A DNA stretch of 64,000 bases from Vicugna vicugna (GCA_013265495.1 MU057521.1:1810335-1874334); one strand, 5' to 3'; shown: positions 1 to 12,104, numbered from the stretch's first letter. Numbers and translations: made by a program. The notes: a model not told the origin generated them from the sequence alone.

Positions 1-347
1 TCATGCTAGTCTCACCGAGTTAAAAGTCCAAGGCATCTTATAGCAGATGTGCCAATATTTGTACAGTGTCCTGTAGTTTACGAAGCACTTATTTGTCATC
101 TCACCAAGTCATTAAATTCTGAGGACAGACATAAATAGATCTGGACCTCATACCATCTCTGCATTATTGAATACCCAAAGCTTCTCATCGCTAGACCGCC
201 TTACAATGCGAGATTTTGGGGGCTTGAGGAACTAACTCCTCTTGATGGAATTCAAGTCAGAGCCGCCATACGGTGAACCTCAACTCTAAGGAACAGTGGT
301 GGAGGGAGACTTCCTTGTGTTGCGCACAGGGATAGCCTTGCTCCTTT

Positions 348-658
348 GCAGCCATCAGCATCACCTGGAGGGCGTGTGACCTGGAGGCCCACAGGGCCCC
401 ACATGCAGAAGGACTCTGCAGTTAGGAGAATCACCCCCTGGTCTAATGCTCTGCTGTTGAAATTCTTAATAATTTTTAAACAAGTGGCCTTGCATTTTCA
501 TCTTGCACAGGGCCCTGCAAATATTGTAGCCTGTCTTGCCTGGTAACTTCTTTAAAACGCAGAATCTCAGCCCCTGCGCTGTACCTGCTGATTCAGAACC
601 CGCATTTTAACAAGATCCCTAGGTGATTCACATACATGTGGACATTTGAGAAGCACTG
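348..658. mobile_element. MER5-type hAT-Charlie MITE remnant, interrupted by a MER91-like element
   Basis: Matches recalled MER5 motifs: cagcatcacctgg...aaacgcagaatctcagccc...gcattttaacaagatccctaggtgattca...tttgagaagcactg (TIR end at 658). Confidence 0.75.
370..538 (+). mobile_element. MER91A-like hAT-Tip100 MITE
   Basis: gggcgtgtgacctg...cagggcccc...taatgctctgctgt..tgaaattcttaataattttt...cattttcat..tgcacagggccctgcaaat..tgtagcc follows the recalled MER91A consensus. Confidence 0.7.
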
Positions 659-1728
659 CTCATACTGCTTTGGAGTTGTTTTCCTAGAAGTTAGTACAAA
701 AAGATGTTATTAAGAGGAGATTTTTTTTAAATTGGAAAGAGCATGTAGGACAATGACAGTTTTGACACCCTAAAGATCTCTCTCTCTCTTTTTTAATAGT
801 CTTAAACTTTATATCTTGGAATGTACACTATCTCAAGTCGTTTCAGAAGATTCAGACAAGCAGAGATCTTGTCACAGAATGCTAGCAGGGAGCGGGGCCA
901 AGCGCTGTTTTAACACAGTTCCTTCATTTTGGAGTCACAGCCAAATATTCCACACCCTGTTTCCTGGCCAGGACAACAGGGGAATTCCTTAGAGGGGGAT
1001 CCATCCTTGGCTTCAGTTTCACTCGATGCCACTGGAAGGCTTACTGGCATTCTAATTCCCCTGGAGCCCTGGGTAAGCCTCGAGCCTATACATTTTGGAG
1101 GTTGATGGGATTACCCACGTGGGCCCAGCACACCTGAAGGGCACGGCTCTCCCATCAGGCACTGTGGGACCCTAAGATGGCTCCTGAATCTTGGGGGTCG
1201 GGGAGAGAGGAGAAGGATACACATGCAGTCAGAATAGCTCCAACCCACCTGCCACACCAGCACTCAGCCAGCTGGGAATCACTGATAGAAACATCTGGGG
1301 TCAGGATCTTCCAGGCTTGAGATCTTTAAGTGGGTGGTGACATCTCGTGGTGGAACAGGTCCAGGCAGTGAAGGGCCACATTAAAGCAATGTCCTGGCAT
1401 CTCTAGCAGGACACCACTGTGCCCCGCCATGCACCTTCCATCAGCTCAGAAGGACTCACCCCCTCATCCTAAATCTCTGTAATCTGCAGTGTGACGCACA
1501 GCCTCTTGGACCACTCACCCTGAGCCATTGTCTGTCCGTGGAAACAAAGGAGCAACCATGCCATTCAGGACAGCTGCCCTCTCCACACCTTCAAGGGGAT
1601 TTACTACAGGTTTGCTCCCCTGAGGAACTCCCATATGAAATGATAAATATTCCTGTAATAAGGAACACTGGTTCATAAAAATAGATACCAAAAAGTTAAT
1701 TCACCAATATTCACTTTGTTTTAAATCT

Positions 1729-1927
1729 TAAGTAGAATAGTGGTTGCCGGGGGCTAGGGAAGCGGGAGGGGGAGTTAGTGTTCAACAGGGACAGAGCTTC
1801 ACTTGGGGAAGACAAAAAGTTCTGAAGATGGATGGAGTAATGGTTGCACAACAGTGTGGATGTGCTTAATGGCACTGAAGTGAACACATAAAAATGGTTT
1901 AAATGGTGAGCTTTACATGATTTATAG
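1729..1927 (+). mobile_element. L1MB-type LINE-1 3' UTR fragment
   Basis: agtagaatagtggttgcc...aaaaagttctgaagatggatgg...tggttgcacaacagtgtg...cttaatggcactgaa is the typical L1MB 3' end. Confidence 0.85.
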
Positions 1928-2411
1928 TGCTGATTAATAATTCTCCAGCCGTCACCCTCAGATGACACCAAGTGCTAGCTGTCCCCTTTTCTTTGTGGGG
2001 ACAGTGATGGTGGGGCCCAGTCACACCTTTTCCACGGAAGGCACACATGGTGGTAAAATTGTGTGATCACCAGTGGTGTTCCTGTAGCCTCATCCTCCTC
2101 TCTGAAGCAGTCACCCACCCTGCTTACCACCCCTTCGTTCTCTGCTGTGATGCTTTGCTCACCTGTCTTCCGGGTCCATCCCAAGCAGACACAGTCCTTG
2201 GTGGGCATTTTCTTATACTAGGAGCAGCCCTGCTCCCTTGATTCTGTCTTCTCCAGCCTGTACACTTAGCCGCTGGGGACACATGGGGCAAGAGTGCACC
2301 CTCTGTCACGGCTTGCGGACACCTGGTTCAATCCCCACAGGCCCTGGAGAGCCACTTTGGTCAACCAGCACCTGGCGGCCCCAGCTGGCCTCCCTTCTTA
2401 CCCTCCTTTGT

Positions 2412-2430
2412 CCGGCGCCCTCTGGGGTCC
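2412..2430 (-). promoter_or_regulatory. CTCF motif (reverse orientation)
   Basis: Minus strand reads GGACCCCAGAGGGCGCCGG, close to the core consensus CCACCAGGGGGCGC. Motif match only. Confidence 0.45.
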
Positions 2431-2984
2431 ATCTGTCTGGGATTTTCCTCTCCATGGGGCCTGCATGTGGTGCTAGCTCCTGGTGAAGCAGACTTTGTAA
2501 TAAAATCCTGCAAAAATGTATCTGCTGTGAGCATTAACCATTTGTATCGGGGACCCATCCTCCTGCTGTAGAGCCTTGAGATTCAGCACGTGGTCTGTGC
2601 AGCCAGGGCCATGATGGGGGGAGCTGTACTGAGGAGCAAGGTGGAGCTTTCTGAGCAGAGCCCACCCTCCGTGCTCTGGGGACTTCCGCCTCTTCCTGCG
2701 CACAGAGACATAGAGCTTTGCACTTTGGGACTGCCCCATCCAAGTCCACCACACACACCCCTGCCCCACCAGTAACGTGCTTGCCCAGCATTGTCCTTCT
2801 CCGTGCTTGTCTCTGTGCGCACACTCCGCAGGCCTGCGTGTGCACACAGACCACACGCCCAAGTCCCGGGGTAGCTAACATTGACAGTGGGTTCAGAGAG
2901 TGTCAGTCTGCTCACTCCACGCTGGGGTTCTCCATCAGCCTTCTACCCAGTGGTCTGAGCATGGGCTAATGATGCAGCCTAGAG

Positions 2985-3245
2985 CCAGCATGCCGTCGGG
3001 TGTCGCAGATGGTGATTTTCTAGCTCTGTCATTTCTTCTGAAGTGATTGGCTGGAATTTGTCTATAAAAACAAACTTTCCCTCATCAACTTTTTTGGCTT
3101 TCCCGAGTACAGTTCATACAGGAAAGACAGCATAAATGACACTCTCATACTCTCAATGGTGACCGATTCTTTTTAGTGTAATTATTAATTCATGGATTTT
3201 ATATATTTTATGAGTTTAATCCATTGCATTCATTATTCTTTTCAA
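2985..3245 (-). mobile_element. L1MC-type LINE-1 3' UTR fragment
   Basis: Minus strand aaaagaataatgaatgcaatggatt..aaaatccatga and plus strand gatggtgattttcta...gtacagttcatacaggaaag resemble the L1MC4/5 3' UTR. Confidence 0.65.
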
Positions 3246-4230
3246 AATGTGGTCTATACGTACAATATTATTCAGTCTTGATTTTCGCCACTTTTGATTC
3301 TTGGCCCTGGGATGTCCCATCACTCTTTGCTGTCAGGAAGTTCTCTCCTCTGTGGTCAGAATCCTTCAGGTTGGAATTTCCCTTTATGGTCAGATTATGA
3401 TCCAGCCTCCTGGCAAAAAACAGGAATGAAATAAAGTTCCAATGATAATGTTGAAAGAAGAAACCACTGCTGTGATAACAGAATGAGAGGGGGCTGGCTT
3501 GGCCACTGTAGATACGAGGATGATCTAAACTTAGGAGAGTTGGGCAGATGCTGTGTTTGATAAGGGAATGAACGCAGGCTTGTGGTATGAATAACGACAT
3601 GGTTTGTGTGGCCCGTCCTTCCCCAGAAGTGACTGTGGTTGGTGTTGGTCAGTCCACACTGTGAACATCATTTTCAGTCTAAGATCCAGTTCTCCCGGGG
3701 CTCCACCATGCTGATGATACGCCAGAGCACAGGCAGGAGGTGAGGGCTGGGAGTCAAGGCAAATGAGGGAAGGGGGTGTTCTTGGTCTGGACGGGAGGCC
3801 GGGCTGGCAGTGGGATAACCACATCACATGAAGGCAGGCTTGAGTCTGGTGCGGGAGGTTCTGGGCCACCCAGTGCAGCTGGGGAAGAGGTGAATTTTCA
3901 TGCTGGATCAGATGGAGCTGTCAAGCAAGGGGTCCCAGAGTGGCAAACAACTGTCCCGGGAAGTGTTTACACCACAGGTGTATGGCCACGGATGGAGCCT
4001 GCAGGAGAATGAGAGGACATCACTTCCTACAGTCTAGGTTCTGTGTGTCTAGAACAAAGCCTCTGACTGAACACATACTTTATAGTAAAAGTGCACTTTA
4101 TTCATTTCATTTTTAGCATAGGAAACTTTGAGGTTGTAGCAAGTTTAAGAACATCCTTTTTCGTGAACAATAATAAAAACAGTAGGAATAGATTGAGAAG
4201 AAACATGGAGGTTCTTACAATTTGTCATGA

Positions 4231-4249
4231 AGCCACTAGGGGGCAGAGG
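4231..4249 (+). promoter_or_regulatory. CTCF motif (forward orientation)
   Basis: AGCCACTAGGGGGCAGAGG is a near-consensus CTCF core. Confidence 0.55.
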
Positions 4250-4322
4250 AAGACAGCTCTTTGGAGCCACTGAAACCCACTGCAGTCCCGATCCTTTTTC
4301 ACCACTGCAAAATGCTTGAGTG

Positions 4323-4429
4323 AAAAAAAAAAAAAATATATATATATATATATANNNNNNNNNNNNNNNNNNNNNNNNNNNNNNNNNNNNNNNNNNNNNN
4401 NNNNNNNNNNNNATATATATATATATATA
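4323..4429. repeat. poly(A) + (TA)n microsatellite spanning a 58-N assembly gap (4355-4412)
   Basis: Directly visible. Confidence 0.97.
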
Positions 4430-5080
4430 GCACAAACCAAAAATGGCTTTACCGTTATCAAGAGTTTCTGGTATTCTGAGGCAGTTTATATTTTATAGAT
4501 AGAGTGTTGAGTCTCAAATGCAACACTACCTTTAACAGAATTCAGCGAGTGAAAATTCAGGCACAACCGCTCTTCAGCACCATGCTTCCGGCTTGCGTAC
4601 AAGTACATACGTGTGGTGGTCACTGCCCTCAAAGAATGTTAGACCGAGCTGGGCAAATGAGAGCTGCGTGTTTGGCTGCTGTCGTTTGATTTTGTAGGCT
4701 CATAAGCCCAAGGTAGGCCCAAGGGAATCAGTCTCAAGTACAGCCTTTGTCTCAGAAGAGTTTTAAATTGTTACTACACGATGGAGCTTTTCCGCTGAAG
4801 CGACTCTTGACTCGCAGAGCACAAGGAAGGCAAACTCGTTGCCAGACACAGTGGAGAAGCACAGCGATGTGCCTCTGTTGGTGCTTCGCGCCTTGTGAGG
4901 GCCTTCTGCTTAATTATCTTACTCAGGGAATCAGGCATTTGACGCGGTGGTCTTATGGGTTGGATTAAAGCACCTTTTGATCCTGAGGGTCTGTGATCTC
5001 CCCCAAGCCCCTGTGAGATGAGGACGAAAGGTAACATCCAATTCGCATAAACTGAGGCTCTGAGGACTTATTTCGCCCAG

Positions 5081-5300
5081 TTCATTCATTCAACAAATAC
5101 TTGTGGGCTGTGCGCCAGACCCGGTGAATGTGGTTCATAGATAAATTGAGGAAACAGACACATGGCCTGAAAACAGGGTGTTGTCTGAGGTGCCATGGGG
5201 ATGTGTACAGGGAGCTATGCAAGTGGAAGGGAGAGGTTCCAAGGCTCAGCTGAGGGAAAGGGACCCGAGGAGGCTGTATAGAGGTGGTCATTTTTTTAGC
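5081..5300 (-). mobile_element. L2 LINE 3' end fragment
   Basis: ttcattcattcaacaaatacttgtgggct...gccagac is the reverse complement of the L2 terminal tgaatgaa repeat. Confidence 0.65.
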
Positions 5301-5379
5301 TGCCTTGACTCTCGTCAAGACTCTTGGCAATAGCAAAACCAAAACCACTATGGAGGGACACTTCTGTGTAATAGACTGC

Positions 5380-6555
5380 ACAGGATTCCCACAGAAAACA
5401 AAACAGCAAAACAAGATCATACCTGTGGAAGACAAGCTTACAATAAACATTAAAAATTACAAAATGCTTAAGGACACAGTCACCAAGAGTAAAAAGTAAG
5501 TGTCCACACCAAACATTGTAGCTTTCAGGTAATAAAATGTTCAGATGGAGAGTATAAAGTAATACATTGAAAATCAAACCCACAGAAGAGAGACTAAGTG
5601 ATGAGGATAAATAGGACTAGATGGACTTGAAGAAGAGCCAGATAGAACTTGTAGAAATGAAAAATAGTATTATTAAAATGAAACAATCAGTGGTTCAGGT
5701 TAAGCAGCAACTTAGACACAGCTAAAGAAAGAGTTTTCAAATTGGAAGAGGGAGCCAAGGGGAGATGGAGAATATTAAAGAAAGCTGAAGAGGCATGGAG
5801 GATAGAATAACAAGAGTTGTCATATCCTTGATAGGAATTTCAGTCAAGAATAGAAAGAATAAGAGACTGGCAATCCTCAAAGAGATACTTGCTCCTATAT
5901 GTATATAAATAAATATATATATTTTTAAGAATTAATAGAAGACATGATTTTTCAGATTCAAGTGGTAGGGAGTTCTGAGCAAAATAAATAAAAATAAAGT
6001 CATACCTAGCAGATGAAAGTGAAACTGCAGAACCCTAGAAAGGGAAAAGGGATTCAATCTCCCTGGATTAAGAAACCAAAGATTAAAAAACAAACAGACT
6101 TGGTGGGAGAAGGGTATAGCTCAGTGGTAAAGCACATGCTTAGCACGCATGAGGTCCTGGGTTCAATCCCCAGTACCTCCACTTTTTAAAAAAAGTAATA
6201 AATAAACCTAATTAACTACCCCCCCAGACAAAACAAAACTAAACTTAATAAATAAATAAAACAAAGCAAACAGCAGCAATAGTACTATTTAAAACAGCCT
6301 TCTCAATATCAACAAGAGAAGTCAGAAGACAAGGCACATAGGCACATGCTGATAGAAAATTACTGCCAAGGTTGACTTCAAAATCTAGCTAAACTGTTAT
6401 TCAAGAGCAAGGATAAAACAAAGACACCTTTAATTAAATAAAAATGGAACTTTTACCTTAAGTAGATCCTCCTTAGACCAAACACTGAAAAACATACTTC
6501 AGAGGGAAAACACAGTAAGTTGCATCTAAAGGGAATGAGTCGGATGCAGAAAGGT
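5380..6555 (+). mobile_element. Ancient LINE-1 (L1M4/L1ME class) ORF1 remnant, decayed
   Basis: A-rich strand with ORF1-like motifs: gaacttgtagaaatgaaaaat, ttagacacagctaaagaaagag, gtgaaactgcagaac, ctagctaaactgttattcaag. Many stops and frameshifts. Confidence 0.75.
6105..6262 (+). mobile_element. vic-1-type camelid SINE (tRNA-Ala derived), full length
   Basis: A-box tagctcagtgg, cttagca anticodon arm, B-box ggttcaatccc, then an aataaataaaacctaatta..ccccccc tail and an A-rich end. Confidence 0.88.
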
Positions 6556-6944
6556 TCTGCTTTTCCCCTGGCATTCTCCTCCCTCCATCCTCGTCTCTCT
6601 CCCGTCATCCCTCCGCCCCCGACCTCACAGTTAGGAGGGCCTGCTGAGGAGGGTGCCCACGGGTGGTGATGGTGGCAGGTCCTCCTACTATACAATTGTT
6701 CCAACGTTATGTCATCTCTGTCCACCTACACGTGTGTTCTGAACACCTCTGGCTGGGGTTCCCTATCAACTCATCACTCCTGGGACAAGAGATGGCAGCC
6801 AGAGGAACCCCAAACTGTGTTCTATAGCTCAGGCTATAGAAGGAGCTACACTTTTTGATTTTGTGAGGGACTCTCCCAGCTGTCCAGTAACTGTTCCTCC
6901 ATCCTCCACAACAGTATCCCGTTGGCAGAGGTGGGTACCTGCCC

Positions 6945-7400
6945 TTGTTTGAGTTCTCTCTGAATCTGACCCTAAGACGAAGATTCTAGATGGAGCAGTT
7001 TATTTGGGAGATGATCCTAAGAGATGCTGGCAGTGGCATGGAGAAGCAAAACAGGGAAGGGAGGGCAGCCAAGAAAGCATAAAGCATGTGGAATCAAGCT
7101 GGCTACCACTGGAGGTGACTGAAGCTTAACTCTGCTCAGAAAGCTCTGGAAGCCCATGCAGAACACACGCCTCAGCGCTGTCCCACCTGAGGGGCAAGGG
7201 AGCCGGTGTGTATATATATCAACTCCTGCCCACCGTTGTTGGGAGGCTGCTCCGGGGGCATCAGTTCCCTGGCACTTTGTCGTGCTGCACAGGTGGCAAA
7301 GGGGGCTCCAGGTCCACAGAAAGTCCTCAGGCCATGAAATGAGGTGCTGGCAGTTGGAATTCAAGTTTCTGTGGGGGAAGGGGAAAGACAACTGTGTGGA
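6945..7400 (-). mobile_element. LTR16-type ERVL solo LTR
   Basis: gaccctaagacgaag...agtttatttgggagatgatcc...cagggaagggagggcagccaa...tcccacctgaggggcaagggagc resembles LTR16A/C. Confidence 0.7.
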
Positions 7401-9795
7401 CGGGGCTCAGGCAGCAGGTGCTATGGTTCCTTAATTCAGTGCCTTTAGGAGAATGCACATCTTTCACAGGTGAAAAGAGAAAGACCCTGACGAACTCAGG
7501 GCCATGGCCAGCTGTCTTCCTCGTAGGTAGAGGGCACTTTGGAACTTCCTGCTGCTCACTGGCCTTTTCTGAACGAACCCTGCCTCCAGCTCCTAGTTCT
7601 CTCACAGACTTCGGGAGAGGTTTGCAGGAAGCCTGGAGCTTTTCACTCTCATTAAAGTGGCAGACTCTAAAAACAAAAAAAAAGTGTGTGTTTTGTCCAC
7701 TGGCTTGGCTAATGACCTGGCAGGCAGTCTGGCAGGTAGACGTGTGCTCGGAAAACCACGCAGGTGCACCTGGCACTGCAAACAGCAGGTGACGAATTCC
7801 AAAGGAGCAGGAAATTCAGGATACTTAAACTTCTGCTGACTTAAAATACAAAAAAAAAAAAAAAAGAGGACATACTTTTATAGTACTGATATTTGCCCGA
7901 ATTTGAGTGCTATAAAAAGAACCAGGGAGGAATAAAATTAGAAACACACCTTTTGCACTCCTAAAATACAGTGGAATAAAAAGCTTTGGGGAGGGACAGG
8001 AAGAACACCAGGGCAGATGGCATTACACACTGCAATTTAGCCTTGGCGGAGCCACAGCGGGGTGACCTGTCCCATTACACTGAATGATTTTAATGACACT
8101 GTTCTTTTCTTCTTTTGTTCATTTCTGTGGTCTACAATTTTATTTTAAATGCCTGGTATTTTATAAGGTCTCTATTAGCTTGGACATTCATTATTTGCAA
8201 GGAGAGTGGGTTCAGTTAGTTATCTCACCTGTAACATAAAGATGCTAACCCCTGCACCTCCTCATTTCAGCCTCTTCTTACTCTCTCTGCCATTTTATGG
8301 TTGTGAAGAGAAAGGATAGCACTTGAGAGCCCTGCATCTGTCTTGGCAGCTGTTAATGAGACTAGTACATAATACCATGAGGTTTCCATCCTTCCTAAAA
8401 GAGAAGAGATGTCAGCAACTCCCCATCCCTAAGCTACAACAGGTCACAGTACTCGAATGAGAGTCTTGTTATACTTTAATATCAACTTCAGCTTTATCTA
8501 CGTATTCCCTTTATCCATCCGTCAATCTAGCCTTTCATCCACACTCATGATTCCATCACATCCAGCCAGCCAGGCAGCCAACCATCCTTTCTTCCTTCCC
8601 AACCATTCTTCTGTCCATCCATCCATCTGTTTATCACAACCATCCAAGATTGATTGAATGCCTCTGGGCTAACTAAGCATTGAAATCCAGAGGTAAAAAT
8701 AGTTTACCCTTAACACATTTACCCTTTAATAACATCTTTTAAAAAAATCTATTAACTGGAGATAATTTCTTTCTTTAAATTTTTTCTTTTATGGCAATCA
8801 TTTTCTCTAGAAATACTTGTGAATCTGCCCACATTTAGTGGTAAGCATATTCAGGGAAAAGTGGGAAGAGAATTTTTGAGAATTTCATTGCAACTTAACA
8901 TGGGCCTTGAAGTATGTCTCCTGAGGGACGCTTCCTTGTGTGGGTGAGCCCCTCCCTTTGTGGGTTTTTACTGGGTATTGTAGATGACCTTGTCCACTTT
9001 TCTAGTGGAGCAGGAATTGAGACCAAGCTTTCCAGATGTCTGGAAGGATTCTGGGAATGTGCACAGCAGGCAGAATAAGCTTCCCTGGGCCATGTGTTAG
9101 AAAACGTGGTCCAGACGCAGCTTCACTGTAATGGCTCAGAAACTCCTAGCAAACCTCCCAACCTCGCGAGTCTCTGTTTCTCCATGTAGAGCTATCATGG
9201 CTCTGCCCACTTGTGCTAAATCATGTGCAGGTAGTCCAAGAAAGAGCTTTGAAGACCACCAACAATTAAACAAATTTATTTCTTTTAAAAACTGTTCATT
9301 ATTTCTTAATTACATAAATGCCATATGTTGACAGTAGAAAAATCAGAAGATCCAAATGAGAAAAAAACTAAAACAAACAGACATAAAAACCTTTTAGTCC
9401 CACCACTCAATTTCCCCAAGATGTGTTTAGCGACAGGAAAATGTATTGATAATGAATGCTCAAGCTAAAAAGGAGAGTCTGTAACAGGACATATGCTAAT
9501 GAGCCCATCATTTAATATACACATATATCTGAATATTATTTTTAATTAACTTTAATTACAACATTAATACATAATATCAAAAAAGTCAGATAAGTAAAAG
9601 ATACAAATTTAAGTTGATCATGACCTACTATGTAGCTGTAACCACTGATGACATTTTGGTGTTTTGTCATTACAGAGTTATTTATACCTATATCTACATT
9701 TTTACAAATATTGTACCAGACCATACATACAAATATGTAACCTGCTTTTCCATTCTGTGATATAATATGATCAACTTTCAGTATCAGTGAGTATA

Positions 9796-9983
9796 CAGTT
9801 GACCCTTGAACAACAATGGGTTTAAACTGCATGGATTTTTTTCAATAAATATATACCACAGTACTACAAGATCTACAGTTGGTTGAGTCCCTGGATGCAG
9901 AACCACGAATATGGAGGGCTAACTGTAAAGTTATACGCAGATTTTTCAGCTCAGGATGTGGGGGGTTATTCAAGGCTCAACTG
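9796..9983 (+). mobile_element. Tigger2/MER8-family Tc1-mariner MITE
   Basis: TIRs cagttgacccttgaacaac ... gttattcaaggctcaactg, preceded by TA. Confidence 0.85.
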
Positions 9984-10239
9984 TGCTTTATATTTTAATT
10001 AGCTTCCAGTATTCTGTCCTGTGAATGCATCACAGTTTATTCAAAGCATCCCCTGCTGTTGGATACTTAACATGTACACCTTTCAAAAATTTGGAATTTT
10101 TCCCTATAAACAACATGCAATCAGGACCCTTGCAATTAAATTTATGTACACATATATATTGCTGAATTGTATTTCAGAAATGTTGGACTACTTATTCTCC
10201 TGTTGTGGCATGTGTACCCCCTACAACTTCTGAATAAGA

Positions 10240-11120
10240 ATATATTTATTTAAGTCTGAATTGGTAATACCTTCTTCCTTTCAACAGCCAGTGCAGAAAG
10301 GAGAGGATGGAAAGTCTGCCTCCATGCTTTATTCCCTGTCCGTCCAGGTGCCCTACCTGGCAAGTAACCTTTTTAGGTAGTTTTTTTTTCCTGTATCCAT
10401 TGGGATTTGTCTTGCAAAACCAAGAAAATATAAACATAAATTCTTGTCTTCCACCTTTTTGACACAAAAGGTAGCAAATTATATGCACTGTCCTGAACTT
10501 CGCTTATTTTTCTCAACAAGACACAGTAGGGCACTTTCCACGTCAGTACTTAGAGCACTCCCTCCTTTCTGTTTCAGCAGCATAGTGGTCCATCCCAGGG
10601 AGGCAGCAAATCCAGTAGGAGCCACCTGCTTTCTATCACAAACTATGTTGCAATGAGTAATCTCCTACATATGTCCTCTTCTATGCATTCCTGCAGCCAC
10701 AGCATACGTTCTCGGAAGTGGAATCATGCATCTGTAATTTTTCATAGATAGGCCATATTCCCCTCCATAATGGAAATACCAATTTACATCTCCACCAGCA
10801 ATGTTCCACAGTGCCTGTCTCTCCACAGACTAGCGAACAGAGTGTGGTATTCAGCATTAGGATTTTTGCCAATTCAGTGGGTGGAAATGGTATTTCAGAG
10901 ATGCTTTCCATAAATGTTCCCCACATTTTCTATTAGGTTCCTTCTTTCTTCCTATTTCTAGGTGCCCTGTGTATTAGGAACCTTAGACCTTTTATGTCGT
11001 ATGAGGTGCAAGAATTTTTATTTACATTTGTCATTTTAAAAAATTAGCCGAAAGTGGTTGTTTTTTCCTTTCCATGCAAAAGGTTTAAGCAGTGTAGTAG
11101 AACATATTAGTCTCATCTTC
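10240..11120 (-). mobile_element. L1ME-class LINE-1 3' remnant
   Basis: accaatttacatctccaccagcaatg..., gatttttgccaattcagtgggtggaaatggtatttca are antisense L1 ORF2 C-terminal and 3' UTR motifs. Confidence 0.7.
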
Positions 11121-11228
11121 CCTGCCTCTAGATTTTGGAAAAGGGTGGGAATAGGGGTGTTCTAAGGAGAGAGCACTCCCCAGGTTTCCAGGGGCCCACC
11201 AGCTCTGTGAGAGCCCTGGTCCGCCCCC

Positions 11229-11489
11229 AAATCGCAGATGGCGCTGCGCTCCTTGGCTTCTCAGAGGCTGGCTGCCTTTTTCTTTTCTTTTTGTTAAGCC
11301 TCATTTCATGGGAACAGGAGCGCTGTAAGTATCTCACAAATCCATTTAGAGAGAACAGAGGGAACAGAGTCAGGAGTGGGCTTATGTCCGGGAAACATAA
11401 TACTGTTGGGCCTCCGCGTGCCCCTCCCACACGCCCTCCTAAACGATTGACTTGGGCTGGGTTCGCAGACTGCCTAGAGGGGGCAGCAC
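11229..11489 (+). promoter_or_regulatory. CpG-enriched patch with two forward CTCF-like motifs (11229-11247, 11471-11489)
   Basis: atcgcagatggcgctg and tgcctagagggggcagca; GC box ccgccc at 11221. Confidence 0.4.
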
Positions 11490-11829
11490 TGATAAAGGGA
11501 AGGAGAGGAGCTTAGATGGGGGGGGGGGAGCTGCACACTTCACGTGATTTTAAACTCATCCTACATTACAGTAATTTATAAACCGCGTCCTACAGAAACC
11601 CGGAGATCATTTGACATCCCTGAGTAAGTAAGGATGTGTGTGCATCAGCAACATGTTTCACGTGCATCTTTGCCATTCCTCCTGCCTCTGATGCAACATT
11701 CTAGAAGAGTCCCCGGGCTTTAATAATCATGCAAAAGGACTGTTAAGAGTCCAGCAAGCTTGAATGCTGGCCAGAGAGCCTCGTCTGCAGCTATCCCAGC
11801 CCTGTAGCGTTAACATTGCAAACACCCAC

Positions 11830-12040
11830 ATAGCACTTGGGGGCCAGGTCCTTTACAGCCATCCTGTGAGGCAGACACTGCCATTACCCACTTCTCACCA
11901 GTGGGACAATGGAAGGACAGATAGCTTAAGAAACTTGTCCCAAACTTACCCCCCCACACACACACACCCCCGCCCAGTAAATGGCAGAGCTGGGATTTGA
12001 ACCGAGGCAGCCTGACTCCAGAGCACAGGCTCCTAGTCAG
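11830..12040 (-). mobile_element. MIR SINE
   Basis: agtaaatggcagagctgggatttgaacc..ggcagcctgactccagagc. Confidence 0.85.
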
Positions 12041-12104
12041 CACACACAGTGGCCTCAGTTAATTACTACTGAGGGCAAATCATTTTATTTTTATTTATTT
12101 CTCT

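Noticed and set aside
979..988. Isolated NF-kB consensus sites (also ~3373 and ~57358) and scattered AP-1 sites
   Set aside because: Expected by chance in 64 kb and not clustered.
6105..6180. tRNA-Ala(AGC)-like sequences here, at 18371 and at 36628, as tRNA genes
   Set aside because: They have A-rich tails and diverged stems, and the latter two have clear TSDs. They are SINE copies, not tRNA genes.
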